From Octopus sinensis (taxonomy: Eukaryota): a DNA stretch of 64,000 nt. Below are positions 12,086 through 27,089 of the stretch, one piece after another. Within the stretch, counting starts at the first letter, position 1. Every line of letters starts with the position of its first letter. The translations under genes were made by a program, and so were the position numbers. The stretch covers positions 3,038,001 to 3,102,000 of the forward strand of contig NC_043011.1 of assembly GCF_006345805.1 (NCBI RefSeq), in the 5' to 3' direction. The notes beneath the pieces are model-generated. The model did no database searches, was not told the origin of the DNA, and saw only the letters and a list, made by a program, of their open reading frames with translations.

Positions 12086-13099
12086 ATATATTTCTTAATG
12101 TGTCAAAATTTCTTTCACACTACTGCAACCTAATCAACCAACAAGGTTGTACAACTGCAATCTTGTTAGTACGTAGGCAGCAACCGTGCAACAAAAATTT
12201 TCACTCACCAAGAAATAAATGTAAAGTGAATTTAACAGTTTTAATGTGATTTTTAAATAGCTGAAATTATTCTTCCAAGATTTACTTGATTCAGTTTTAA
12301 CAAATCATTTTAGTTCAAATCACTGTTGCTCAATATATAGATTTCCAATTAAATGCTGTTTTAGTTACTCTAATTTTGATAATCCATATTCTATGTTATA
12401 ATATAAAATAATTCAAAATGTTTTGCACCCTTTCTGGATTTTAAACTTTTTTTAAAAATACTAACATTATTTACAAATTGCTAAAACATTCTTATTATTT
12501 GCAGTAAGCTGAGGTGATGACCTTGTAAATACTTTTGTGCTTTTATATGAAACACCTAATATATATCAGAAGTATTGGGCTTGAAAAAGCAGTGAATCAA
12601 CAGAGTTGTCAGAATAAACAATACAAAGTGATGTATCTCGCATTTACTAGATATATATCTGAGTTTTTACACTTTCAGCTCACATCTTGTCACATTTGAC
12701 TTGTGCTTTCATCTCTTCAGAGTTGATAAAAACATTAAACTAGGGCAGTAGATTGCTGAAATATCAGATGGAATGTTACGTGGTATTTTTCTGAACATTT
12801 TGCATCGCCATGGTGACTTTTGACAGCACCACTGGTGCCAAGCCGTACCAGTTATGGCTTTCCTATAGACTACATTAGCAGCAAGTGAGGAGAAAATTAC
12901 CACAGTTCCCTTTTGCGAGGAGAGGGACAACTCTCTCCCAACAACGGGAAGTTCAAGTCTTCCATAGAATCTTTGCCCGAGTCAGCACCTTGGAAAACAA
13001 AATTTTCTAGGTGCAAATATTTAGATCATCTTTAGCAGACCACAAATGCCGTTAACTCAATTTATAGAAAAATTTGTTTTCAAAGCAAACAAAATACTA

Positions 13100-13295
13100 A
13101 AATGCTTAACGAAATACTTAACAGTATTTCATCTGTCTTCGTGTTCTGAGTTGAAATGCTATCAGGGTCATCTTTACTTTTCATCCTCTTGGAATTAACA
13201 AAATAAGTACCAGTTGCACAATGGGGTTGATGTAATCGAATATACCCCTCCCCCAAATGTCAGGCCTTGTGGCTATAGTAGAAAGGATTATTATC
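13100..13295 (+). mobile_element. SINE family C, degenerate
   Basis: ttctgagttgaaat...aaaataagtaccagtt...gatgtaatcga matches family C. Confidence 0.65.
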
Positions 13296-13318
13296 CATCA
13301 CACACACACACACACACA

Positions 13319-13353
<35 letters not shown>

Positions 13354-13857
13354 CTCTCCCCACCTCACCCAAATCAACAAATTCTTTTTCTCCCAAAAAT
13401 GCTCCTATTTTCTTCTCCCAATTATCCTCGTTTTTCTTCTGTCATCACATGCTATGTGACTGCAGTGCTAGCATATGCCACTTTTGACAAGAAAATCTAG
13501 CTTTTTTGGATGTGATTCTAAAATGTTGTAGCAGTTCTAGGAACTCCAAGAAAAATGATTTTACCTTAATGATAGTTTGTATAGTAAACTCTTAAAGTTC
13601 TTCATAAAGACAAACTACCGTTCAAATATATTTGTCATGTATTTCCAACTGTAATTGAAGTAAAATTACAAGTTGATATTTCAGCTGGCTTACAGATTAA
13701 AGGCCTAATGGAATATGACAAGAATATCGTGTATGAAGTTAAATAATGGAAAATAAGCATTTAAACCTGCTATTCAAAACATTTTTGGAAGGTGTGATAG
13801 CTCCAGATTGCAAGCAGCTGAATGAAAAAAATGTCTGATATTTTTCATTATTTTATA

Positions 13858-13973
13858 CACTTGCTTCCCAACCACATGGTTCCAGGTTCAGTCCCAGTGT
13901 GCAGCACCTTGATTATGTGTCTTCTACTATAGCCTCAGGCTGACCGAAGCTTTTTGAGTAGATTTTATCCGAC
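13858..13973 (+). mobile_element. SINE family A head/core fragment
   Basis: caaccacatggttccaggttcagtccc...gtgtcttctactatagcctc. Confidence 0.7.
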
Positions 13974-14167
13974 ATTAAATATAAATTTAAGTGTTTACTT
14001 CCGAACTATCTCACTCTGTGAGAACCTCAGTTCAAATCGCATGTGTCTTAAATGGGCTGGAGTATTTCTATTTTGGATGTATTTGGGGTACTTAGTTGTG
14101 CTCATGACTTAGTATTTTGCTTCTTCCTTGGGTATGAGTAAGTATTTCATTTATTTCTTTGCCACAT

Positions 14168-14222
14168 GTATTACTGACGAAGGGAGGGTTCTTACGAACT
14201 AACCCTGAAATCGGTCCAATAT
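14168..14222 (+). ncRNA. Hammerhead-like motif in a probable Penelope-type remnant
   Basis: gtatta CTGACGA AGGG..CCCT GAAA TCG GTC caatat. Core and stem II are present. Stem I has an A-C mismatch at its first pair. Confidence 0.45.
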
Positions 14223-14460
14223 GGTAATAATGGAATTTTTTAGAAATTTCTGTCGGCTTTTTTTTCGAGTAGCGTGTGTATTGTGAAAAATTATATGGTA
14301 ATGGACAATATGTCCAATTTTTCGACATATTTGGCATTAGAAATTTTTTCGTTTGCCCTTATTTATAAGTTGTTTATAATTTTAACCGTTAAAGGTATTT
14401 TTTAATATGCTGGCCATTGATAAAATTATTTTCTTTCAAAAAAATTGTATCCTACATTAA

Positions 14461-14850
<390 letters not shown>

Positions 14851-15990
14851 GAAATTTGACTGATGATGACTGCTGCTGTCATCATGTGATTGTTTTTAAA
14901 GAGACATAGAGAAAAATAGGGTATGCTAAGAAATAAAGGTGAGGGAGAAATTATATACATGTGTATGTATGCATATATATATTATAAACATAATCACCAC
15001 CCAACAAAATAAAAACAAGCCACCCAGCACTTGTTGTACATCATCATCGACATCGTTCTTTAATGTCCTCTTTTGCTATTGGTATTTCTTCAACAAACTG
15101 AACAACCACCTATAATGTACCTGTTCAGTAAAATCATCTGTAAATAAGCAATATTTCTCTCCACTTCACTTCATTTCTCTACCTCTCTTTTCCTCTCTTC
15201 CCGCCTTCTTCTTCTCCCAAGCTTACATAGTTTTCATATTTTCAGAGTAGGTAATTGAAATGATTGGCTTGTCAGTTCTTTACTTCAGTGGCTGGCTTTA
15301 GAGATTATGCATTCTCATTGCTGAGTAGACGATTGGTTTAAAATAAAATTTTCTTATAAAATAATCAATTGCTACTTGCCTTTTCATTTCCATTAAATTG
15401 TGTTGCTTATTCTTATTACATGTTTGCTTGCTAATTTCTCTCTATTGTGATTATTGCAAACTGAATCATTATGTGTGTTTGCAAAACAGTAATATGTCTG
15501 ATCATAAAAAGCTTTTGCTATGCAGAAAGGTGATTGCCATTGCTGCTATACAGCTGTTCTAATATTTATGTAAACATAAAGATTCCAGACAAATTCAAAG
15601 CATACAAAAGAAAAACGTAAAATTGCATTAAAAAAAAACAACTTTTTTTTTTAATGCCTTTTTAATTTGGAATGAGTTTTTTTCTACCAATTACTTAACA
15701 TATTTTTTACATTTTCTTTAGCAAAGTGTTTTCATCTTAATGACAATAAATATATTTTTGCAAATTACGAGGCCATTCACAGTTAAATAAATAGCTTCTT
15801 TGAGAGGATATTTGATTAAAGATCTATAGATCACTGGTTCAATTATGATACATTGTTGTTCATTTTTCTTATTATAGTTACTGAAATCTGTAGTTTCACC
15901 TATTTACCTTGGGAAGGTGACACCTATCTTTCCAGTCACATACATAACAGTGCGTAAACACTATTATAATAAGATGTACTATGTACATGT

Positions 15991-16373
15991 GGAGGCGCAA
16001 TGGCCCAGTGGTTAGGGCAGCGGACTCGCGGTCATAGGATCGCGGTTTCGATTCGCAGACCGGGCGTTGTGAGTGTTTATTGAGTAAAAACACCTAAAGC
16101 TCCACGAGGCTCCAGCAGGGGATGGCGGTGATCCCTGCTGTACTCTTTCACCACAACTTTCTCTCACTCTTACTTCCTGTTTCTGTTGTACCTGTATTTC
16201 AAAGGGCCGGCCTTGTCACTCTCTGTGTCACACTGAATATCCCTGAGAACTACGTTAAGGGTACACGTGTCTGTGGAGTGCTCAGCCACTTACATGTTAA
16301 TTTCACGAGCAGGCTGTTCTGTTGATTCGGATCAACCGGAACCCTCGTCGTCGTAACCGACGGAGTGCTTCCA
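15991..16373 (+). mobile_element. SINE family B1, full length, 11-bp TSD
   Basis: tRNA head with A and B boxes, ending gacggagtgcttcca. TSD actatgtacat at 15978-15988 and 16382-16392. Confidence 0.92.
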
Positions 16374-16489
16374 AAAACAAAACTATGTACATAGACGTGT
16401 AATCAGCAGTGAAGGTGGGTAATAGGAAAACGATTCCATTAAAGTACAAACATGTTAAAAATATTCAGAGTTACTCTCTGTTGTTAACA

Positions 16490-16930
16490 AATGATTCCCT
16501 TTTCAGATTGATGGACAAAAAGTATGTGAGATGTATGTATGTTCAAACTGTGATGCTGTATGGTGACAAGACATGGACACTCTAGGAAGAAATTAAGCAT
16601 GCATTATCTGTTAGACGTTTAGTGTTAGTGCACATGAATGAGAGAGCAGAAAGGAGCTGAGGGTACCACTGAGAGTAATCTTATAAGGTGTCAGATACAA
16701 TATATGAATGTGAAAACTGCACTGGTACAAACTCATAATGCATATGAAAGTATAAACAAGTGCAAGCCCCTCAAAGTGGTTAGGGGCCCCTGAAAGAGGG
16801 AGATCGAGGAAGACATGCAACAAAGTGGTGATGACTAATTTCAAGATGCTGAGCTCCACAAAGCAGAAGTCAAATGTTTGTGTCGATTGGCAATATGCAA
16901 TGCTGATGCTAAAGAAGATCTGTTCATCCA
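16490..16930 (+). mobile_element. Old RTE ORF2 C-terminal remnant
   Basis: Degenerate match to 2760-3190 (gatgctgtatggt..aagacatgg; ctgcactggtac; ggagatcgaggaagacatg). Confidence 0.6.
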
Positions 16931-17029
16931 TCCATGAATAGTAAAACAAATGCTACAATGATATTAATGGTATAAGCTTGATATAACAAAATGGTGTGTT
17001 GATGGTTGCTTGGATGTATAAGGCATCCC

Positions 17030-17590
17030 CATTTGGGTCTCTCTCCAACACATCATTCTTAAACTCCAATCTGCTGCCCCAACAGTTTTGACACCCACAA
17101 ATCCCTCTAAAATACTCTTCACTCTCACTCATTTCTTAATCACTCATTCTCCCTTTTCTTTCTTTCCCATTCAGTACACCATGCAGTCTGTGTTACTAGA
17201 GACTGCATTGGACTTTTCCATATGCCATTTCTCCTACCATCATCTTTATTACTCAATCTATCTCTTTTAGTAACATACCTATGTATGAAGGACAGCATTG
17301 AATCTGTTTATATCTTTAACACCTTTCAATAATTCTTTCTGTACTACCAGTTATCACTTCCTCTTCCTCGGACCACTTGTTTTTCACATCCATCTCTCCA
17401 ATACCATTGTCCGTTTCTTCAACCATCAGTCCCTCAATCTTTCTCTGACCAACAAATATACAAGGACATATGCCTTCACTGAGACTTAACTATAATGAAC
17501 TCATAATCATAACTGTTTCACCTTTCTCTTGAAATACATTGTACTTCCCTGCCAAGACCAAGAATTCACCTCCTACACATCTGGACATTT
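17030..17590 (-). mobile_element. Highly decayed LINE ORF2 remnant
   Basis: Purine-rich minus strand with broken frames resembling the endonuclease-RT linker. No clean motif was recovered. Confidence 0.35.
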
Positions 17591-18199
17591 CTTTGAAGGA
17601 TGCAACAACATAAGCAATCAGAGGATCACAACTGCTCCTCCCTATACTGAACCTTCTGTGCACTCATTAGTGAGAAAACAATAGAAATAGTAATATATTT
17701 CATCTCCACAGATGATTGTGATACTCTGACCCCAACAATAAAAGATCTGCTATCTGATCGGGGTCCCAAGACGTCTGAAGTTTGACCTGCACTGAATAAA
17801 AGAAAAAAAAACAACAAATCAAATGATATAGAGTATCATTCCTCCTTTTGCAATTTCATAGAAATGAAGGTACACACATATATATGTACATACATATAAA
17901 TGTATTACTAGATAGCTGTTGACTCTGGTGAGTTCATCCCACTTTTTACAATTTATTTTACATCCCAAATGGCGTCCAAAAATTGTTTTCCACTTGAAAC
18001 AGTGTTGTAAGCTTAGTCCCTATTGGCCTGACCATGCATCTTTCATACTGGTTTACATGTATACATGTGGAGATTCTGCTTATCAGATCACTCACATCAC
18101 AATTGTATATACACACACACACACACAAACACATTGGAAAGGCCTATACCCATCAATGGTATGTGATTTTGGCTTGGTATCAATATTATATCACTATAT

Positions 18200-19520
<1,321 letters not shown>

Positions 19521-20113
19521 CATTATTTGCTATATCCTTTTCTTATATTAATTTTCCATGATGAAATATTTACATTTATATTCATTCAGTTACGTTTGGT
19601 GGAAAATAGGTTTTGTTCAATGCAGCACTGATCTACAACATTTGATTCAACTCAGTAGGAAGTGTTTAGAAATACAATTTTTATTGCTAGCCAGCTCTCA
19701 CTATTAATGATTATTATCAATTGAATAAATTTCAATATATTCACCCAGCTTCAGTCATAATTGTACTTTGTAGTTTTTGTTTAACTTTTATTTATTTATG
19801 AATATAATTTTAAAAATATATCTAACTTTTATAGCATATAAAGGAATATATAATGTGTCATTTTGCACCTTATTTTTCAGTCTTTATACAGATCGTTATT
19901 ATCACATTTCTAATGCAGGCATGATACTACAAATTTATGGGGGAAGGAAAAATTGATTCTATCAAGTTCGGTACATGACTGGTATTATCTTATCATTGTC
20001 AAAAAGATGAAAGCAATATTTGAACTAAGTATGTAAAGGAACATGACCAAATACTGCAATGTATTTTGCCAGCACAGTCCAATATGCAAAGGATTTTACT
20101 GATGTCTGTGTTA

Positions 20114-21165
20114 CAAGAGTGGGCTGAAAAGTTCATAGGCTGACTATGAACAAGTGATGCCAGAACTGTGAAATCTTGCATGCATAAATTTCAGCTCTTC
20201 TTATTAATAACTGCATTGTTTCTTTCCAGGTAAACTGACATCTGACTGTGCAAAGAAGACATCAGTAGTAACTACTAGTGTCTTCTCTTGAAAATGGACA
20301 AAATTTAGCATCAATGTTTTCCTAGGTGATGGCAGTTGCAGGACATCAAGAGAAGGCTAGCCACTGGATTTGGTTAAAAAGAGACGATGAGCGATGGCTA
20401 GAAGTATATTGAGTTCTTCATAACCAGCTGATCTAGCAAGCGGGGCCTCATATCAGTGCACAGTGCACATTGATGCCGTCAAGAGGTAGGCCCCGAAACG
20501 GCGTGCATTCTCTCCTAATGACCCCATACACTTGCTAGCTTCCGGTATACGGAACTTTTAACTGGTAGCACTTGCATGTGCAAGTTGTTTGCAAGACATC
20601 AAGTACTTGCCAAAAAAGGGCTTAGCACCTAAGGACATTCATGCTGACATGGTTACTACATTAGGGGATGACACTCCAGGTTTACCAACAGTGAAAAGGG
20701 AGCAGCTGAATTTAGGAAGGGAAGAGAGAGTCTTGAATATGACCCACGGTCTTGATGTCCTGCAACTGCCATCACCTAGGAAAACATTGATCATGTTCAC
20801 CACATGGTGATGGATGACTAGTGATTGAATATAGATCAAATAGCCAATGCTTTTGCATGTCCTGCGAGAGAGTTGAGAATATTCTGCACAATGAACTTGG
20901 CATGATGAAAGTTTCTTCTTTTAGGTTCTACATCTTTTGATATCTGCTGTAAAGTAAACCAGGCTGATCACATCAAGGGAAAATCTGACACTATTTGAAG
21001 CAGATCCAGCTGGTTTCTTTGAATATTTCTGAAGCCAGAATGAGCATTGGATTCATCACTTTGAGTCAGAGATAAAAAGACAATCCATGCAGTGGAAACA
21101 CCCATCGTCACATACCCCAATGCAGGCCAAGGTCTTTTCATCTGCAGAGAAGGTGATGGTAGAAG
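20114..21165 (+). mobile_element. Mariner-type transposon, decayed, 3'-truncated and interrupted by an insertion
   Basis: TA followed by the left TIR caagagtgggctgaaaagttc, shared with 30611. Transposase remnant MDKI*H..IKYLPKKGLAPKDIHADMVTTLGDD. Confidence 0.85.
20352..20589 (+). mobile_element. Probable 3' end of a Hero-like (RLE-type) non-LTR retrotransposon inserted in the mariner
   Basis: Frame reads KASHWIWLKRDDERWLEVY*, resembling the C-terminal S-x-W-L-W-L-K-R..W motif I recall from Hero ORFs. A structured, CpG-containing 3' UTR follows. The assignment was not searched. Confidence 0.5.
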
Positions 21166-22161
21166 TGGTGAAAACTGATTTCAAGAGCTGAAGCCCACAA
21201 AGTAGGTGACAAAGAACTGCAACAAGTGGCAAAATAGAGGGCTTTTGTGGTGGGGTTGATAATAGTTTAATGCTAGGGGTAATGGTGTTAGTGGTGGAGA
21301 AGGAAGTGGTTATGGTGTTGGTCATGAAAATATTTTCAAGAACTATGACTGATCAAGCAGATTAGAATTCTTTATGTTCCATGATGATAATGATGATGAT
21401 GAGGAGGAAGAGGATGAGGATGATGATGATGACAACAATGATGACAACAGCAACAGTGATAGCAATGATGTAATATTGCATTTACTTTAAAAGTTCGCAA
21501 TGATGTATACATCAGTGTTTCTGCTGGAGTAAATATGGACTGTATAATATTACTTAGGTTACTGTTTTAACTTGACTATGATATTGAATTATAACTTTGT
21601 CCGAAAAGCCACTTATTTGTAATGGAAGGATGGTGCTTGCTTGAATCAAACTGAGGCTTTACTGGTACTTAACACAGAACAAAACAGATTTTTCTGTAAT
21701 ATTAGGACTATTTAAAATAATTGTTCCAAATATTTTCTAGCATTCAATATGGATGGATGGATGGTCTAATAGAAAAGGTGTCTGACTGATAACAGTAGCT
21801 GAATGTCTACAAGGAATTTCACGCACAACTTCATTAATGCCAGCTGAAATTGAGTTAAACAATAAAAATGGTAATGTTTTTAGTCTAAGCTGTTTCCCAG
21901 AATATTTGTTTTTAAATAAAACATTTTAAAAAATCATAACATTATTGAATACTATCCCCATCTCCCAAAAAGCCATAAAAATATAAAGCAAAATAAATAT
22001 TTACAGATGAGTTAAAATAATTCAAAATGAAAACAAAAATATAAAGTTTACTTTGCTGTCTAAAGACGATAGATTTGTTTTCGCTTGCAGTTGATGTTAG
22101 ATTCCATTGCAACTCCAAGTTTCTCACTTTGGTGCATTCATTGAAATATTCTTTAAATATG

Positions 22162-22541
22162 TGGAAGCACTCCGTCGGTTACGATGACGAGGGTTCCAGT
22201 TGATCCGATCAACGGAACAGCCTGCTCGTGAAATTAACGTGCAAGTGGCTGAGCACTCCACAGACACGTGTACCTTAACGTAGTTCTCGGGGATATTCAG
22301 TGTGACACAGAAAGTGACAAGGCCGGCCCTTTGAAATACAGGTACAACAGAAACAGGAAGTAAGAGTGAGAGAAAGTTGTGGTGAAAGAGTACAGCAGGG
22401 ATCACCACCATCCCTGCTGGAGCCTCGTGGAGCTTTAGGTGTTTTCGCTCAATAAACACTCACAACGCCTGGTCTGGGAATCGAAACTGCGATCCTACGA
22501 CCGTGAGTCCGCTGCCCTAACCACTGGGCCATTGCGCCTCC
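22162..22541 (-). mobile_element. SINE family B1, full length, 11-bp TSD
   Basis: TSD tctttaaatat at 22150-22160 and 22544-22554. Confidence 0.92.
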
Positions 22542-23732
22542 ACTCTTTAAATATACCTTGGCATTTGTTTCATTGACTAGGAGAGCAAGACTGTTCTGGA
22601 ATGTCTGAATGTGATTTAGCTTCAATTAGAAAGTAAAACCATTCTTGTCTATGTGTGTTACTAACAGATAAGCAAAACATTGGGAAAGTTTTATTCTATA
22701 AAGAAATACAGAACCAATATGTTACTTTTAGTGCCACACCTCTAATTCCACTAAGCAAGATTGAAAATTTGCTTGTAATGTGTAAAAGAAATAAACACAG
22801 ACTTAATATATATATGGAAGCTAAGAAAAATCTTTGTTTTAATTTGTAGAAATGTGTTTGGTGATTACAATAGATTAGCTCTCAAATCACAGTTAATTAC
22901 AGTGCTACCATAGCTCCTTGATGAAATCCATCGTCAAAATGTTATTGCATTTAATTATTTTGTTTGACAGTGCTATTTTCTTTTTAAGCATTAATCTGGA
23001 TGTGGCATCAGTTTTCAACATAGCTATTATAACATCTGTAGTTTTCTAATGAGAAAACCATTAGCGTTGTGCTTGGTTATATTGTTTGGTATTTGTTTCT
23101 GTATTTACAAATCAAACTGCTCATGAATAATGAATGAGTAGAACATTCATATTGTGCTGCAACGATTTGATAGAAAGATAGCTAGGTAGATACATGCATA
23201 AATATTTCCAAGCAAAAAAATAGATAGTTTGACAAACAGGTAGATAGATATACAGAGGAAGAAACAGACAGACTGACATATAGATAGACAAATGGACAAA
23301 TAGATACATGAATAATGACATTTACAGAAAGACAATTGCTTAAAAGCAGAAAAGGTTGGACATACTATTGTTAAAGCACAACAGATTGGTATTCAATATT
23401 TATCAAAGATTCACAACAGAAAAAGTTGACTACAGAAGCAAAAGAAACAACAGATTTAGCTAGCAATACAGATGATAGATGGATAGATAGCTGGGCAGAT
23501 GGAGTGGTAGATGATTGGATGGATGCATGCATATATAAATACATACATGCTAACATGCAAACAGATATATGTGAATACTTAGAAACAAATACATAGAAAA
23601 GTAGAAAAATAAATTGATTGACAGTAATAGCATTTTCCCCAGTTTTGAGACCAAAAAAAAGATTAATTAATTATTTCCCAGGTATTCAGTTATCTTTACA
23701 AATGTTTCCTCTGTTAAGACTGGCAGTCTGTC

Positions 23733-24000
23733 AGTTATTACGATCAAGGTTCCAGTTGATCCAATCAACAAAACAGCCTGCTTGGGAAAGTGGCTGAACC
23801 CTCCACAGACACAGAATCTTTACGTAGTCTTCAGAGAGACTGAGTTTGACACAGAATGTACTACTCATTTTTGCCAGCTGAGTAGACTGGAGAAATGTGA
23901 AATAAAGAGTCTTGCTCAAGGACACAATGCACTGCCAGGAATCAAATGCATGGCCTTCCAATCATGAGCTGAACACCATAATCCCTAAACCACATACCTT
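23733..24000 (-). mobile_element. Old SINE composite: family E head/core (23845-24000) joined to a B1 3' tail (23733-23838)
   Basis: Degenerate matches to 6360-6511 and 22170-22290. Confidence 0.6.
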
Positions 24001-24114
24001 CATTAGTAATACTGTAATTACACATTCTCTCTCATTTCTGTTTCTGATTCACTGATCTCTTCTACCAACAACTCCATACAATTTTTCACCATATATATAT
24101 ATATATATATATTC

Positions 24115-24176
<62 letters not shown>

Positions 24177-24382
24177 CAAACTGCTCATGAATAATTATAT
24201 ATATAATTATTTGAGGGAATAATATATACCTAATATATACATTTTTATTATTATTTTGCAATTTACTTACTCATCGGTATATTATTGTTATTTTACTTTT
24301 AATATTTCTATTATATGTAATTTTCTAGATGGTGTGATTTAGTTGCTCATTTTGAATTGATAAAAAAGATGTTTTTTTTCTA

Positions 24383-24426
<44 letters not shown>

Positions 24427-24563
24427 GAACAAGTGTTTCTTATTATTTCAGATTCTCTTGACTCCAATATAATAATTTGGCAATATTATTTTGATGCTTC
24501 TATAATTCAAAATACTTCAGGTCACTACTTCATAGTCACCACTTTAAACATTGCAGTTTGTAA

Positions 24564-24777
24564 GGTGGGGAGCTGGCAGAATCATTAGCACACAGAGCAA
24601 AATGCTTCGCAGCATTTCATCCATCTTTACATTCTGAGTTCAAACTCCACCAAGGTTGAGTTTGTCTTTCATTGTTTTGGGGTTGATAAAATAAGTACCA
24701 GTGGAACTCTGGTGTCAATGTACTCAACTTACCCCTCCCCCGAGATTACTGGCCTAGTGCCAAACTTTGAAGCCAAT
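24564..24777 (+). mobile_element. SINE family C
   Basis: gggagctggcagaatcattagcac...ttctgagttcaaactcc...gataaaataagtaccag. Confidence 0.8.
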
Positions 24778-27089
24778 ATACTGCATCTTACTTTGTATCT
24801 TATTTAAGTCTCTATACTTCATGGCTATGTCTTATATTATTCCTTAGCCATGTTGTTTTCTGTACATCAGAACTTCTGTTCTCTTCACAAAACTGGTTAT
24901 TGCATCCCAATCTCAATCCTTCAACACTGGCCCGTTCCACCACAGTTTCTCAAAGTGGGTTGCATCCTCCATCAGTGCAACATAGCAACATTTTGGTGAG
25001 GTAGGGTGTCTCTTACTTCTGGATGGAGCATAAGTAAGGAACAAGTCAATAAGTCTTGCAGTGAATGCATAAATAAAAGGGAAATTTTAATTAAAAGTTC
25101 TTTTCAACACACACACACACACACACACAAATATATGTATTTCATATACTATCTTTGTACATTGATGAGGAGGGGCACGCTTTTTCTGTTGGGTGGTGGA
25201 TCACTATAGGACTTGGGATAAAAATGGGGGAGAAACATTGGTCTAAAGCTTCTCAACCATTTTTCTGCTCCCAGATATTTGTCTTTTAGTGTTATTTAGA
25301 AGTTGACTTTTATGGTGGTATCTTTCAGTATCCTCTGCCTACTTCAACTTAAAACTTCTCTCCTTGACTTCATTACTTTCTCTTATGTCTTGCTATCTCT
25401 CACATATAAAAACCACTTTCAACAACAAGGTTAATTTTTTTGTCGACAGCACCTTTTCTTTCTTTTCTTTATGTTGTGAAGCAAGAACATTTCTCCTCTC
25501 ATTTCTACAAATTCACGATAGTCCAATAATAACCAATCTTCCCACTAGTTTCCTGAAAATTTATTTTGCAAATGCTGAATTAATTTGCATTGTTACAGTT
25601 CTAGAAACTATTTAACTTCTTGATTGAAGACTCTGTACAATTTATTAGCAAATTAAAATACTTAAAGAAAACCTAATTAAATTGCAAAGAAACACTAATT
25701 AAATTGTGACCTTTATGGTTACTTGGAAGAAGTTTTTCATAATAATTAAAAGGTAAACATTTACGTTTTCCTTCTTTTACAGTCAGAAAGCAAAATAAGT
25801 GCTAATGTTTTACAACTGCTATTAATTTCTTCTTATTAGAACTCGTAGTAATATCAGACAGCTTTCTGATAATGAAGGTTATATCATCCACTGTTACATA
25901 CATACAATTCACAATCTCTATTAATTTCTTCTCAGTAATTGTATGTTACTGCAGTGGCTGCATGTGAATGATCTTGTATCTTATAAATCAAACAATCAAA
26001 TTAGTCCAGTTTATTACTTTTTATTTGGTGTTATTTAGAAATGTCACTGTACACCATATATGTTTTGTTCTTTTTTTATTTTAAAGCAGACTAACAATAT
26101 TCAAATTGCTTCTTTGTGGTGGAAATGTAATATACCAAGTTAAACATATTACAGTATTTATTTTTCTAAGTTCAAATTTTACTGGTATCATTTCTGGGTT
26201 TTTTTATACGTTTAGGATTGATAAAATAATTTGTTATACCATAATATGCAACATACAAAAGTTTGATGAGTATAAGTGCCATGAGGTCTGTATTGTCTAA
26301 CAGTTCAGTACCTGCTTCTTGCCTGAGAGACAATCACCAGTTTCCATAGATTCTCAATTTTATCCTATTCTGCTTCATTAAAATTTTTTTTTTGTTTTTA
26401 CAATTTTTTTCCTGGGAAAATTGATCTTGCAGTTTTGTAAAATGCCAAATTCCTATGTTACAAAGTTCAGATCTTTTGAGTTAAAAGTTTTACTTCATTA
26501 TTAAAATGTACCTAAAAATTTTTCCTAAAGGTAGTCAATTGGTAGTCACTATGGTAACAGATAGCATGCATCACAATATTTTTTTCTGGCTCTCTGAGTT
26601 AAAATCCATAGGGTCTATTTTGCCTCTCATCTTTTCATGGTTGAAAAAAAGTACAAGTCCTGAGCTGGGGGAGTTTGCACTACCTCTGCATGATATATAC
26701 TAACAATTCAGACTTATTGTACGATGACTATAGTTTCGATCTTTACATCATCCTCATCATAATCATTTTAATGCCACTCTATCAGAAGAAATTAATTTGG
26801 GCAAATTTTTTGTGGTTTGATTCTTTTCCTGTTGTCAAACCCCATCTGTTTCCAAGCAAGGTAATATTTTTTCCTTGCTGGATAAGTTTCATGAAAGACT
26901 AGAAATAAGTGTTACTACTTATGTGATGGTGAGGCACACCTTGTGATAGATGTAAAACTATCACAAAATGTTAAGATAAGGTAACACAAATACATGCACA
27001 CACAGAGACATATATACATATGTGTGTGTGTGTGTGTGTGTGTGTTTGGGACAGGCGTTTTCAATTTCTGCCTGCCAGATTCACTCGCC

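Noticed and set aside
14016-14048. Additional hammerhead-like motifs here (ctgtga GAAC ctca GTTC aaa), near 52058-52085 and near 54303-54333
   Set aside because: Only stem II plus part of the core is present, with two or more core defects and no stem I. Not distinguishable from chance.
15991-16066. tRNA gene
   Set aside because: It is a SINE head: there is no acceptor-stem closure and it continues into the repeat body in multiple copies.
17700-17791. Possible terminal exon QVKLQTSWDPDQIADLLLLGSEYHNHLWR* (minus) after a good acceptor
   Set aside because: No recognisable homologue, two frames are similarly open, and no supporting neighbouring exons were found.
21745-21855. Possible minus-strand exon GINEVVREIPCRHSATVISQTPFLLDHPSIHIEC*
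   Set aside because: Only an acceptor-like site and a short open frame. No family was recognised.
24460-26140. Putative plus-strand small exons (DSLDSNIIIWQYYF.., ELVVISDSFLIMK, TNNIQIASLWW)
   Set aside because: Donors are weak and the joined peptide resembles nothing I recognise.
26560-26940. Left end of the piggyBac element
   Set aside because: No TTAA-CCC terminus matching the right TIR could be found.
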